Source: Carpediemonas membranifera BICM
Lineage: Eukaryota; Protista; Fornicata
DNA length: 64,000 bases
Assembly: GCA_019828565.1 (NCBI GenBank)
Contig: JAHDYR010000006.1
Location: 371,643-435,642, forward strand
Direction: 5' to 3'
Of this stretch, positions 27,748 to 38,785 are shown piece by piece. The stretch's first letter is position 1. The number at the start of each line of letters is the position of its first letter. Below the pieces are notes generated by a model that searched no databases, was not told the DNA's origin, and worked only from the letters and a program-made list of their open reading frames with translations. Made by a program: the position numbers and the translations under genes.

Positions 27748-27976
27748 GGCTTGAATTTCTAGAAATGTAGTCCGTTAGGGACAAGAAAGCTTTACAGGGA
27801 AAAGAGACGACACCAAATGTGTCGACAGAAACCTGAAGACGATGTAAATAATACAACTATGTAAATATTGGGTAAGACCCACGACACCGTTTCGGACCTG
27901 ACCGGATCGCGAGACGAGGATTTACCCGGGTCTGTCATAAGAGCTCGGGGAAGCCACCCGAAGTAAATACTCGCCC

Positions 27977-28034
27977 CCCATTTTGGTTGGATTTAAGAGG
28001 AGGGCTCTCTGTTATAGAGCCACACTTTGTGGAT
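27977..28034 (+). repeat. Split direct repeat B2 (right end of the YR element)
   Basis: 58-bp identity with 21599-21656. Confidence 0.95.
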
Positions 28035-28075
28035 AGGACAGCTAGCCAAACAAAAAACTATCCACAAAGGAAAAG

Positions 28076-28150
28076 TGGTGCGACGGCCGAGACTCGAACT
28101 CGGGTCTCGAGAGCCACAATCTCGTGTCCTACCGCCTAGACTACCATCGC
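28076..28150 (-). tRNA. trnH: tRNA-His(GTG) with encoded CCA
   Basis: GCGATGG/CCGTCGC acceptor, GTCT/GGAC D stem, CGAGA-TTGTGGC-TCTCG anticodon arm, CCGAG-TTCGAGT-CTCGG T arm, ACCA then CTTTT. Confidence 0.95.
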
Positions 28151-31100
28151 CGTTTAATAGGTCGAAAACCTCCTTTCACGCTGCGTCCAGAGACGTTCGC
28201 GCCTGTATTCCCGCGCCTGTGTCGACTTAGATGTGTCACCTGTGGGCATCCCTTGTTCGGCTCCTCCGGCTGCTCCCGCAGCCTCGTCGCCGGCCCCCTC
28301 GGCCTTTCCACACGCGAGATGAGATTCCAGCACAAATTATTCCCGCAGCCAGTCCTGCGCTGTGGCCCGCTCGAACTGCGTGACGTAATCCGAGTAGATC
28401 TGGACGTTGCCGTTCCAGATGCAGCGCATCACTTCCTGCTCCAGGAAGCGGCCGGCCCCCACACTCAGGCCGACCATCTTACACAATCTCACACACCAGG
28501 ACTCGCCCTGGTCATCACTGCACGCTTCGCCAGTGATCTCGCAGGCGGCCGTCAGTAGCTCGGCTGACCAGTTGTGGTACTGCGCGGACTTGTCTGACTC
28601 GGCGTTGGCCTGATCCTTCGAGATCACCACGTCGATGATGATGGGCTCGTTGGCGACCCTGCCCGTGGGAGAGCGACGCAGCGGGACATAGACGTCGGCG
28701 CGAGCGTTACTCTGGTAGGCTGGGTCGGCCGAGTAGCCGCGGGTGCGACTGTTCAAGGCGAACTCCTTGCGGGCAAGCACGTCGTTACTCCACAGGAAGG
28801 AGCGCACGCAGTCACGAACTAGGTCATGACGCATGGTCCTGGCACCCTCCAGGAGCTTAGGACAGGACAACGTGTGCTGCCACGACACATTCGAGTTACC
28901 GCAGAGCGGGCAGCGGACGGTTGAGTCCGTCTCGAACGGTGGTGCGCCGAGGTGTGACCTCACCATGGTGGTGAAAAGGTCGCCACGGATCGGCGTCGCA
29001 TAGGAGAGGGGGACAGGGCGGCTTCGGCCGCGAGAATCGGGGTCACCGGGGTCGACTCCACGATCGGGGCGACGGCTGCTGCATGGGCGCGAGAGATTTT
29101 TGTTAGGGTGCGCTGAAGGCCAGTCACGGGCTTGCCGTAGAGCTGGTCCATCCCACGAGGCCAGTCGATGGAGGTGTCGTTGGCGGCGAAGGTTGATTCG
29201 TCGGGGGTTCTGTCCCAGCCCACATCGTGCAGTTGGGCGGTTGCGGCTAGGTAAGCTGCGTCCCAGGTCATGCTCGGGGTGGGCAGGCGGAGGCCGTTAT
29301 CGGAGAAATCGAGGCCGAGCCGGAGTGAGTTGTACTTCTCAGGGTCTAGGAGAAGAATTCTCGCAATCGCCGGCGTCAGGACGTTGGACTCGAAGTTTCG
29401 TATGGTCTCACGGTGTTGGGCTGGATCGACAGATCTCATCAAAAATGAAAGCTTCGGCAGAATACACGAACGGATAAGATTCAGAGCAACGGACGTCCCA
29501 TCCGTTCCAATGACTTCAACCATCGACACCACACTAAGCAACATCTGTTTCTGCTCGTCTAGCTTCGTCATGAGCTGCATCCGTTCCGCTTCGATGCCGC
29601 CAATGGGAATTCCCACGATTACTCCAGTTGGCGAGCACGTAACGCGAACAGTACGTGCATTCTGCGGCGCGGATGCACAAATCCACTGGCATTTAGCCGG
29701 TTTCATTGTTACGCCAATTTGTCGGAAAGCTTCACAAGCTCCATCGAAAAAGCCCTGGATGGCGCCGCTAGTCGTCCCCGGGGGGGCAATCCATGTGACG
29801 TCGTCCTGGTAGGCAACCCACTCGCCGCCCCATTTCGTCTTCAGCGTGTCGATGATTGGCCGCATGGCCAGCGTGAACAGAATGGGGGACAGTGGGTCTC
29901 CTTGAGCGATGCCCTCTAGGGACTCGACGACGCGGCCGGACGGCAGAACCAGCCTTCCATTGCCATATACGGCGTCAAAGTACGGGATCGCAACAGGGCA
30001 GGCCGCAGCGGCTGTGGACCTCAACAATTTGCGGGGCATGGTGCCGTACGCATTGCTGAGATCAACGGCGCAGATGCTTTGGCCACGGGAATACGCTTCT
30101 TGCAGGCGCAGACCCATAACTTCTGTGCCGCACGACTCACCCCGCCCGTACTGGTCATCGAGGAGAGGGTCATCCGCGAGGGACGCGGTAACCGCCTTGG
30201 CTAGTAGCTTGGCTGCTACTCGACGAAGGGCCTCTCCCATGGCGATGGGCCGGACCTCGTCGGGTTTGCCAGGCTTGGGCAGTGGGACGAGGCGGGAGTG
30301 GGCCAGAACGTTTGTGTACGGGACGCCTTCGGCCACATCGACAAGTAGTGGCTTCAGGGCAAGGGCGAAGGCTTCTGGCTTGTGTCTAGCAGCGAGCTTC
30401 AAGTGGAGGAAGCTCATGCCCGACGGACCGGGGAGCCGAGTCGGCCGGAAGACTGCTCAGGACATCGATGATGTCCCGAGTTTCGAACTCTACCGAGGTG
30501 AGCGGGGCGAGGGGATGGCGGATTGGGAGGTCATCAAGACTGCCTTGGAAGGGGTCAGCTTGCATCCGAACCATCTTCTCCTCTGCTTCGGCTGGGGTCA
30601 TCTGCAGTTCTTCCGAGACCAGGGCACTCATGGACTTGCTGTAGTACCCTCGTCTGGCGTGCTGGTAGGCGAGTCGGCTTCTCGACGTGCTTCCCACCTG
30701 ATTATGGCGGGTCCTCCGGGGGCGAAGTGCTGTTTGTGGGTGCAGCATCACGTCGATGAGACGATCGCGCTTGTCCTCATCTCTGGCTGCCGCGCAGGCG
30801 GTGACCTTTCCGATGAGGGCACGGACATAACCCTTGGTTCCCCTCCGCGTCGGTCGGCTGCGGCCGATGCGAGCCACGTCGGCGGGGTCTGGAAGGAACC
30901 CAAGAGGTCTTGTAGGCGCTCGGGTCTGCCTATTGTTGGTGGCCTGTGTTGCAGGGTGCGCCAATATAGCAGGGAGCGGCAGCCCCAGAGCGATGTGCGC
31001 TGCGGCCGCAACACGGCGTGAGCCATGTTTGGCCACAATCCCGTTCGACGGGAACCGGCGCGAGAAGTGGGGGGGCAGGGTTAGGCCGCCTGCGGCACGC

Positions 31101-32116
31101 AGGAGACACGTCTCAATCTCGATGGCTTGCGCCTTCGTGAGGTGCCTCCTGCGCTCCGTCCCCATGGCTCGCTCGAGCGCGGGGGGCGAGAGAAGCGTCT
31201 GGCGGACTGTGTCGGCATCACGCCAGAGCTCTTCCCGCAGGTCCGGGTGGATGGCGTCCCGTAGGTCACGAGCGAAGGCTGCGATAGCCTGGTTCACTCG
31301 GACCGTTGGTACGTCCATCCCCCGGTGGTTGGTGTCAGCCACGCTTTGGCCGCCAGGCATGGGAGCGGGTGCCCCGTTATGTCTAGGCTGGACATTCGTG
31401 GGCCGACTGGTCTCCCTCGCTGTCGTTAGGTCTAGGCACGATGCCTGTCTCCTGTGACTGGGCGGGGGTGGGTGGTCCTGAGCCGAGAGGTGGACTTATC
31501 GGGGGTATAAGCTCCGCGATCATCATCTCCTCCCTCTCGATTTGCGTTCTTGATGTTTGGTGGGCTGACGCAACGGGTCCGTTGTCAATCTCATCGATGG
31601 TGGAGAGCCGTGGGCATCCCGCCGCCCGTAGTTGCTCTAGTAGAGCCCTGCGGCGGCCTAGGGATAGCGTATGGTCACGGCCCTCTGTGTCTATACGGAT
31701 TCGCGAGTCCATTCGGTGCATCAGGAATTGGACGGGATGCGGCGGTAGGTTCCTGATCAACTGGATTGAGCTTAGTACTTGGTGTAATCTCTGCTTGAAG
31801 TCTCGGTTTGAGGGCCTCTGGATCACTGGGAAGAGCGGACTCACAGTGGCAATGAGTTCTTCGGAGACTCTCTTGGTGAAGCGCTCGGGACGTCCTCTAT
31901 CTTGAATGAACAGCTTTTTCACAAGCTCTACATCGTTAAAGAGGCGGCGGACTTTCTGGTACGAGGACCAGTGTTCGGCAAAGAGAGATTTTGGTACATG
32001 CTTACCAAACAGAATGCGCACGGCGTCGAAGATCTGGGAAACAGGATCTTCGAGCTGGATAGTTCCTTCAGTCCCGCTCAGAAGCCGCTCCACGACTTCT
32101 TTGCTGACAAAGACTG
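28151..32116 (-). mobile_element. CRE-like non-LTR retrotransposon unit 1
   Basis: RT and RLE motifs; bounded on both sides by the first 13 nt of tRNA-His. Confidence 0.92.
28337..31360 (-). CDS. Unit 1 RT + CCHC + restriction-like endonuclease (frameshifts at homopolymers near 29010 and 30400-30580)
   Basis: LPKPG..VRPIAMGE, VDLSNAY, GIAQGDPLSP, AYQDD; CPLC..HTLSC, RHD, RAD, IIDV, ESDKSAQY. Confidence 0.9.
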
Positions 32117-32126
32117 AGACTACCAT
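31383..32126 (-). CDS. Unit 1 5' ORF (247 aa); ATG lies in the tRNA-derived 13-mer
   Basis: Identical ORF in unit 2; GCG-ATG-GTA-GTC-T|CA-GTC. Confidence 0.6.
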   Translation of the reverse strand: MVVSVFVSKEVVERLLSGTEGTIQLEDPVSQIFDAVRILFGKHVPKSLFAEHWSSYQKVRRLFNDVELVKKLFIQDRGRPERFTKRVSEELIATVSPLFPVIQRPSNRDFKQRLHQVLSSIQLIRNLPPHPVQFLMHRMDSRIRIDTEGRDHTLSLGRRRALLEQLRAAGCPRLSTIDEIDNGPVASAHQTSRTQIEREEMMIAELIPPISPPLGSGPPTPAQSQETGIVPRPNDSEGDQSAHECPA

Positions 32127-32129
32127 CGC

Positions 32130-35100
32130 CGTTTAATAGGTCGAAAACCTCCTTTCACGCTGCGTCCAGAGACGTTCGCGCCTGTATTCCCGCGCCTGTG
32201 TCGACTTAGATGTGTCACCTGTGGGCATCCCTTGTTCGGCTCCTCCGGCTGCTCCCGCAGCCTCGTCGCCGGCCCCCTCGGCCTTTCCACACGCGAGATG
32301 AGATTCCAGCACAAATTATTCCCGCAGCCAGTCCTGCGCTGTGGCCCGCTCGAACTGCGTGACGTAATCCGAGTAGATCTGGACGTTGCCGTTCCAGATG
32401 CAGCGCATCACTTCCTGCTCCAGGAAGCGGCCGGCCCCCACACTCAGGCCGACCATCTTACACAATCTCACACACCAGGACTCGCCCTGGTCATCACTGC
32501 ACGCTTCGCCAGTGATCTCGCAGGCGGCCGTCAGTAGCTCGGCTGACCAGTTGTGGTACTGCGCGGACTTGTCTGACTCGGCGTTGGCCTGATCCTTCGA
32601 GATCACCACGTCGATGATGATGGGCTCGTTGGCGACCCTGCCCGTGGGAGAGCGACGCAGCGGGACATAGACGTCGGCGCGAGCGTTACTCTGGTAGGCT
32701 GGGTCGGCCGAGTAGCCGCGGGTGCGACTGTTCAAGGCGAACTCCTTGCGGGCAAGCACGTCGTTACTCCACAGGAAGGAGCGCACGCAGTCACGAACTA
32801 GGTCATGACGCATGGTCCTGGCACCCTCCAGGAGCTTAGGACAGGACAACGTGTGCTGCCACGACACATTCGAGTTACCGCAGAGCGGGCAGCGGACGGT
32901 TGAGTCCGTCTCGAACGGTGGTGCGCCGAGGTGTGACCTCACCATGGTGGTGAAAAGGTCGCCACGGATCGGCGTCGCATAGGAGAGGGGGACAGGGCGG
33001 CTTCGGCCGCGAGAATCGGGGTCACCGGGGTCGACTCCACGATCGGGGCGACGGCTGCTGCATGGGCGCGAGAGATTTTTGTTAGGGTGCGCTGAAGGCC
33101 AGTCACGGGCTTGCCGTAGAGCTGGTCCATCCCACGAGGCCAGTCGATGGAGGTGTCGTTGGCGGCGAAGGTTGATTCGTCGGGGGTTCTGTCCCAGCCC
33201 ACATCGTGCAGTTGGGCGGTTGCGGCTAGGTAAGCTGCGTCCCAGGTCATGCTCGGGGTGGGCAGGCGGAGGCCGTTATCGGAGAAATCGAGGCCGAGCC
33301 GGAGTGAGTTGTACTTCTCAGGGTCTAGGAGAAGAATTCTCGCAATCGCCGGCGTCAGGACGTTGGACTCGAAGTTTCGTATGGTCTCACGGTGTTGGGC
33401 TGGATCGACAGATCTCATCAAAAATGAAAGCTTCGGCAGAATACACGAACGGATAAGATTCAGAGCAACGGACGTCCCATCCGTTCCAATGTCTTCAACC
33501 ATCGACACCACACTAAGCAACATCTGTTTCTGCTCGTCTAGCTTCGTCATGAGCTGCATCCGTTCCGCTTCGATGCCGCCAATGGGAATTCCCACGATTA
33601 CTCCAGTTGGCGAGCACGTAACGCGAACAGTACGTGCATTCTGCGGCGCGGATGCACAAATCCACTGGCATTTAGCCGGTTTCATCGTTACGCCAATTTG
33701 TCGGAAAGCTTCACAAGCTCCATCGAAAAAGCCCTGGATGGCGCCGCTAGTCGTCCCCGGGGGGGCAATCCATGTGACGTCGTCCTGGTAGGCAACCCAC
33801 TCGCCGCCCCATTTCGTCTTCAGCGTGTCGATGATTGGCCGCATGGCCAGCGTGAACAGAATGGGGGACAGTGGGTCTCCTTGAGCGATGCCCTCTAGGG
33901 ACTCGACGACGCGGCCGGACGGCAGAACCAGCCTTCCATTGCCATATACGGCGTCAAAGTACGGGATCGCAACAGGGCAGGCCGCAGCGGCTGTGGACCT
34001 CAACAATTTGCGGGGCATGGTGCCGTACGCATTGCTGAGATCAACGGCGCAGATGCTTTGGCCACGGGAATACGCTTCTTGCAGGCGCAGACCCATAACT
34101 TCTGTGCCGCACGACTCACCCCGCCCGTACTGGTCATCGAGGAGAGGGTCATCCGCGAGGGACGCGGTAACCGCCTTGGCTAGTAGCTTGGCTGCTACTC
34201 GACGAAGGGCCTCTCCCATGGCGATGGGCCGGACCTCGTCGGGTTTGCCAGGCTTGGGCAGTGGGACGAGGCGGGAGTGGGCCAGAACGTTTGTGTACGG
34301 GACGCCTTCGGCCACATCGACAAGTAGTGGCTTCAGGGCAAGGGCGAAGGCTTCTGGCTTGTGTCTAGCAGCGAGCTTCAAGTGGAGGAAGCTCATGCCC
34401 GACGGACCGGGAGCCGAGTCGGCCGGAAGACTGCTCAGGACATCGATGATGTCCCGAGTTTCGAACTCTACCGAGGTGAGCGGGGCGAGGGGATGGCGGA
34501 TTGGGAGGTCATCAAGACTGCCTTGGAAGGGGTCAGCTTGCATCCGAACCATCTTCTCCCTCTGCTTCGGCTGGGGTCATCTGCAGTTCTTCCGAGACCA
34601 GGGCACTCATGGACTTGCTGTAGTACCCTCGTCTGGCGTGCTGGTAGGCGAGTCGGCTTCTCGACGTGCTTCCCACCTGATTATGGCGGGTCCTCCGGGG
34701 GCGAAGTGCTGTTTGTGGGTGCAGCATCACGTCGATGAGACGATCGCGCTTGTCCTCATCTCTGGCTGCCGCGCAGGCGGTGACCTTTCCGATGAGGGCA
34801 CGGACATAACTCCTTGGTTCCCCTCCGCGTCGGTCGGCTGCGGCCGATGCGAGCCACGTCGGCGGGGTCTGGAAGGAACCCAAGAGGTCTTGTAGGCGCT
34901 CGGGTCTGCCTATTGTTGGTGGCCTGTGTTGCAGGGTGCGCCAATATAGCAGGGAGCGGCAGCCCCAGAGCGATGTGCGCTGCGGCCGCAACACGGCGTG
35001 AGCCATGTTTGGCCACAATCCCGTTCGACGGGAACCGGCGCGAGAAGTGGGGGGGCAGGGTTAGGCCGCCTGCGGCACGCAGGAGACACGTCTCAATCTC

Positions 35101-36097
35101 GATGGCTTGCGCCTTCGTGAGGTGCCTCCTGCGCTCCGTCCCCATGGCTCGCTCGAGCGCGGGGGGGCGAGAGAAGCGTCTGGCGGACTGTGTCGGCATC
35201 ACGCCAGAGCTCTTCCCGCAGGTCCGGGTGGATGGCGTCCCGTAGGTCACGAGCGAAGGCTGCGATAGCCTGGTTCACTCGGACCGTTGGTACGTCCATC
35301 CCCCGGTGGTTGGTGTCAGCCACGCTTTGGCCGCCAGGCATGGGAGCGGGTGCCCCGTTATGTCTAGGCTGGACATTCGTGGGCCGACTGGTCTCCCTCG
35401 CTGTCGTTAGGTCTAGGCACGATGCCTGTCTCCTGTGACTGGGCGGGGGTGGGTGGTCCTGAGCCGAGAGGTGGACTTATCGGGGGTATAAGCTCCGCGA
35501 TCATCATCTCCTCCCTCTCGATTTGCGTTCTTGATGTTTGGTGGGCTGACGCAACGGGTCCGTTGTCAATCTCATCGATGGTGGAGAGCCGTGGGCATCC
35601 CGCCGCCCGTAGTTGCTCTAGTAGAGCCCTGCGGCGGCCTAGGGATAGCGTATGGTCACGGCCCTCTGTGTCTATACGGATTCGCGAGTCCATTCGGTGC
35701 ATCAGGAATTGGACGGGATGCGGCGGTAGGTTCCTGATCAACTGGATTGAGCTTAGTACTTGGTGTAATCTCTGCTTGAAGTCTCGGTTTGAGGGCCTCT
35801 GGATCACTGGGAAGAGCGGACTCACAGTGGCAATGAGTTCTTCGGAGACTCTCTTGGTGAAGCGCTCGGGACGTCCTCTATCTTGAATGAACAGCTTTTT
35901 CACAAGCTCTACATCGTTAAAGAGGCGGCGGACTTTCTGGTACGAGGACCAGTGTTCGGCAAAGAGAGATTTTGGTACATGCTTACCAAACAGAATGCGC
36001 ACGGCGTCGAAGATCTGGGAAACAGGATCTTCGAGCTGGATAGTTCCTTCAGTCCCGCTCAGAAGCCGCTCCACGACTTCTTTGCTGACAAAGACTG
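32130..36097 (-). mobile_element. CRE-like unit 2
   Basis: Near-identical repeat with period 3979-3981 bp. Confidence 0.92.
32316..35341 (-). CDS. Unit 2 RT + RLE (homopolymer frameshifts)
   Basis: Same motifs as unit 1. Confidence 0.9.
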
Positions 36098-36107
36098 AGA
36101 CTACCAT
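35364..36107 (-). CDS. Unit 2 5' ORF (247 aa)
   Basis: Identical to 31383-32126. Confidence 0.6.
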   Translation of the reverse strand: MVVSVFVSKEVVERLLSGTEGTIQLEDPVSQIFDAVRILFGKHVPKSLFAEHWSSYQKVRRLFNDVELVKKLFIQDRGRPERFTKRVSEELIATVSPLFPVIQRPSNRDFKQRLHQVLSSIQLIRNLPPHPVQFLMHRMDSRIRIDTEGRDHTLSLGRRRALLEQLRAAGCPRLSTIDEIDNGPVASAHQTSRTQIEREEMMIAELIPPISPPLGSGPPTPAQSQETGIVPRPNDSEGDQSAHECPA

Positions 36108-36110
36108 CGC

Positions 36111-38288
36111 CGTTTAATAGGTCGAAAACCTCCTTTCACGCTGCGTCCAGAGACGTTCGCGCCTGTATTCCCGCGCCTGTGTCGACTTAGATGTGTCACC
36201 TGTGGGCATCCCTTGTTCGGCTCCTCCGGCTGCTCCCGCAGCCTCGTCGCCGGCCCCCTCGGCCTTTCCACACGCGAGATGAGATTCCAGCACAAATTAT
36301 TCCCGCAGCCAGTCCTGCGCTGTGGCCCGCTCGAACTGCGTGACGTAATCCGAGTAGATCTGGACGTTGCCGTTCCAGATGCAGCGCATCACTTCCTGCT
36401 CCAGGAAGCGGCCGGCCCCCACACTCAGGCCGACCATCTTACACAATCTCACACACCAGGACTCGCCCTGGTCATCACTGCACGCTTCGCCAGTGATCTC
36501 GCAGGCGGCCGTCAGTAGCTCGGCTGACCAGTTGTGGTACTGCGCGGACTTGTCTGACTCGGCGTTGGCCTGATCCTTCGAGATCACCACGTCGATGATG
36601 ATGGGCTCGTTGGCGACCCTGCCCGTGGGAGAGCGACGCAGCGGGACATAGACGTCGGCGCGAGCGTTACTCTGGTAGGCTGGGTCGGCCGAGTAGCCGC
36701 GGGTGCGACTGTTCAAGGCGAACTCCTTGCGGGCAAGCACGTCGTTACTCCACAGGAAGGAGCGCACGCAGTCACGAACTAGGTCATGACGCATGGTCCT
36801 GGCACCCTCCAGGAGCTTAGGACAGGACAACGTGTGCTGCCACGACACATTCGAGTTACCGCAGAGCGGGCAGCGGACGGTTGAGTCCGTCTCGAACGGT
36901 GGTGCGCCGAGGTGTGACCTCACCATGGTGGTGAAAAGGTCGCCACGGATCGGCGTCGCATAGGAGAGGGGGACAGGGCGGCTTCGGCCGCGAGAATCGG
37001 GGTCACCGGGGTCGACTCCACGATCGGGGCGACGGCTGCTGCATGGGCGCGAGAGATTTTTGTTAGGGTGCGCTGAAGGCCAGTCACGGGCTTGCCGTAG
37101 AGCTGGTCCATCCCACGAGGCCAGTCGATGGAGGTGTCGTTGGCGGCGAAGGTTGATTCGTCGGGGGTTCTGTCCCAGCCCACATCGTGCAGTTGGGCGG
37201 TTGCGGCTAGGTAAGCTGCGTCCCAGGTCATGCTCGGGGTGGGCAGGCGGAGGCCGTTATCGGAGAAATCGAGGCCGAGCCGGAGTGAGTTGTACTTCTC
37301 AGGGTCTAGGAGAAGAATTCTCGCAATCGCCGGCGTCAGGACGTTGGACTCGAAGTTTCGTATGGTCTCACGGTGTTGGGCTGGATCGACAGATCTCATC
37401 AAAAATGAAAGCTTCGGCAGAATACACGAACGGATAAGATTCAGAGCAACGGACGTCCCATCCGTTCCAATGTCTTCAACCATCGACACCACACTAAGCA
37501 ACATCTGTTTCTGCTCGTCTAGCTTCGTCATGAGCTGCATCCGTTCCGCTTCGATGCCGCCAATGGGAATTCCCACGATTACTCCAGTTGGCGAGCACGT
37601 AACGCGAACAGTACGTGCATTCTGCGGCGCGGATGCACAAATCCACTGGCATTTAGCCGGTTTCATTGTTACGCCAATTTGTCGGAAAGCTTCACAAGCT
37701 CCATCGAAAAAAGCCCTGGATGGCGCCGCTAGTCGTCCCCGGGGGGCAATCCATGTGACGTCGTCCTGGTAGGCAACCCACTCGCCGCCCCATTTCGTCT
37801 TCAGCGTGTCGATGATTGGCCGCATGGCCAGCGTGAACAGAATGGGGGACAGTGGGTCTCCTTGAGCGATGCCCTCTAGGGACTCGACGACGCGGCCGGA
37901 CGGCAGAACCAGCCTTCCATTGCCATATACGGCGTCAAAGTACGGGATCGCAACAGGGCAGGCCGCGGCGGCTGTGGACCCTCAACAATTTGCGGGGCAT
38001 GGTGCCGTACGCATTGCTGAGATCAACGGCGCAGATGCTTTGGCCACGGGAATACGCTTCTTGCAGGCGCAGACCCATAACTTCTGTGCCGCACGACTCA
38101 CCCCGCCCGTACTGGTCATCGAGGAGAGGGTCATCCGCGAGGGACGCGGTAACCGCCTTGGCTAGTAGCTTGGCTGCTACTCGACGAAGGGCCTCTCCCA
38201 TGGCGATGGGCCGGACCTCGTCGGGTTTGCCAGGCTTGGGCAGTGGGACGAGGCGGGAGTGGGCCAGAACGTTTGTGTACGGGACGCC
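36111..38288 (-). mobile_element. CRE-like unit 3, 3' part only, cut inside RT by element A copy 2
   Basis: Identity to the other units stops at gggacgcc|CATACTG. Confidence 0.92.
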
Positions 38289-38785
38289 CATACTGTTAGA
38301 ATGGCCAGTTAATCCGGGGATATACGGAGGATAAACACCCTTTTGCACAAGAAACTGCAAGAAAAAATGAGATTCACCCGTATCTTTTTCACTATTTCAC
38401 ACGTTTCACCAACGTTTGTGAAACGTAGAGAAACGTGCGGAAGGTACGGGTAAGTCTCATTTTTGCTTGCATACGACGTGCTAGGGGCATTCTTGTGATT
38501 CGTAGGTAGGTGCTGATGTTGCATAACCATTCATTGCTTATTCAAAGTGATAATAACGTGCTAGTGGTCTTTAAGTTGCTGTATTACATCTATAAACATA
38601 TCTCCTATCTCTTCCAGAACGTGTTGTGTGTCATTCAGCCTCTCATTCACCAACCCCTCGCAATTCAGCCCAGTGATGTGATTTCGTATTTCTCGAACAG
38701 AATCTTGTATCTTGCCGACTTCATGGAGGCAACTGGTCATATGATTAAGCCTTTCGTTCGTGGATAACCGTAACATTGTCGTCAA

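Larger units (their letters stand above)
21749..27886 (-). mobile_element. Gypsy-2: chromodomain Ty3/Gypsy, 6138 bp, 121-bp LTRs, TSD CCGT
   Basis: LTRs 21749-21869 and 27766-27886 identical, TG..CA; CCGT on both sides; purine tract ggaggggcgg. Confidence 0.97.
1466..28034 (+). mobile_element. PAT/DIRS-type YR retrotransposon with split direct repeats A1-ORFs-B1-A2-spacer-B2, interrupted by three insertions
   Basis: A1 1466-1546 = A2 21656-21736; B1 21599-21656 = B2 27977-28034; RT, RNase H and YR motifs; ORFs are restored when each insertion and one TSD copy are removed. Confidence 0.9.

Noticed and set aside
28138-36110. CRISPR-like or prokaryotic integrative element at a tRNA
   Set aside because: Units are near-identical 4-kb retroelements, the duplicated part is the tRNA 5' end, and the context is eukaryotic
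28960-38000. Programmed frameshifts or pseudogenisation in CRE units, Gypsy-1 gag/pol, Gypsy-3, SET and OTU genes
   Set aside because: Breaks fall in G/C homopolymers and several differ between near-identical copies, so sequencing error is likelier; the CRE 5' ORF boundary near 31383-31470 remains unresolved
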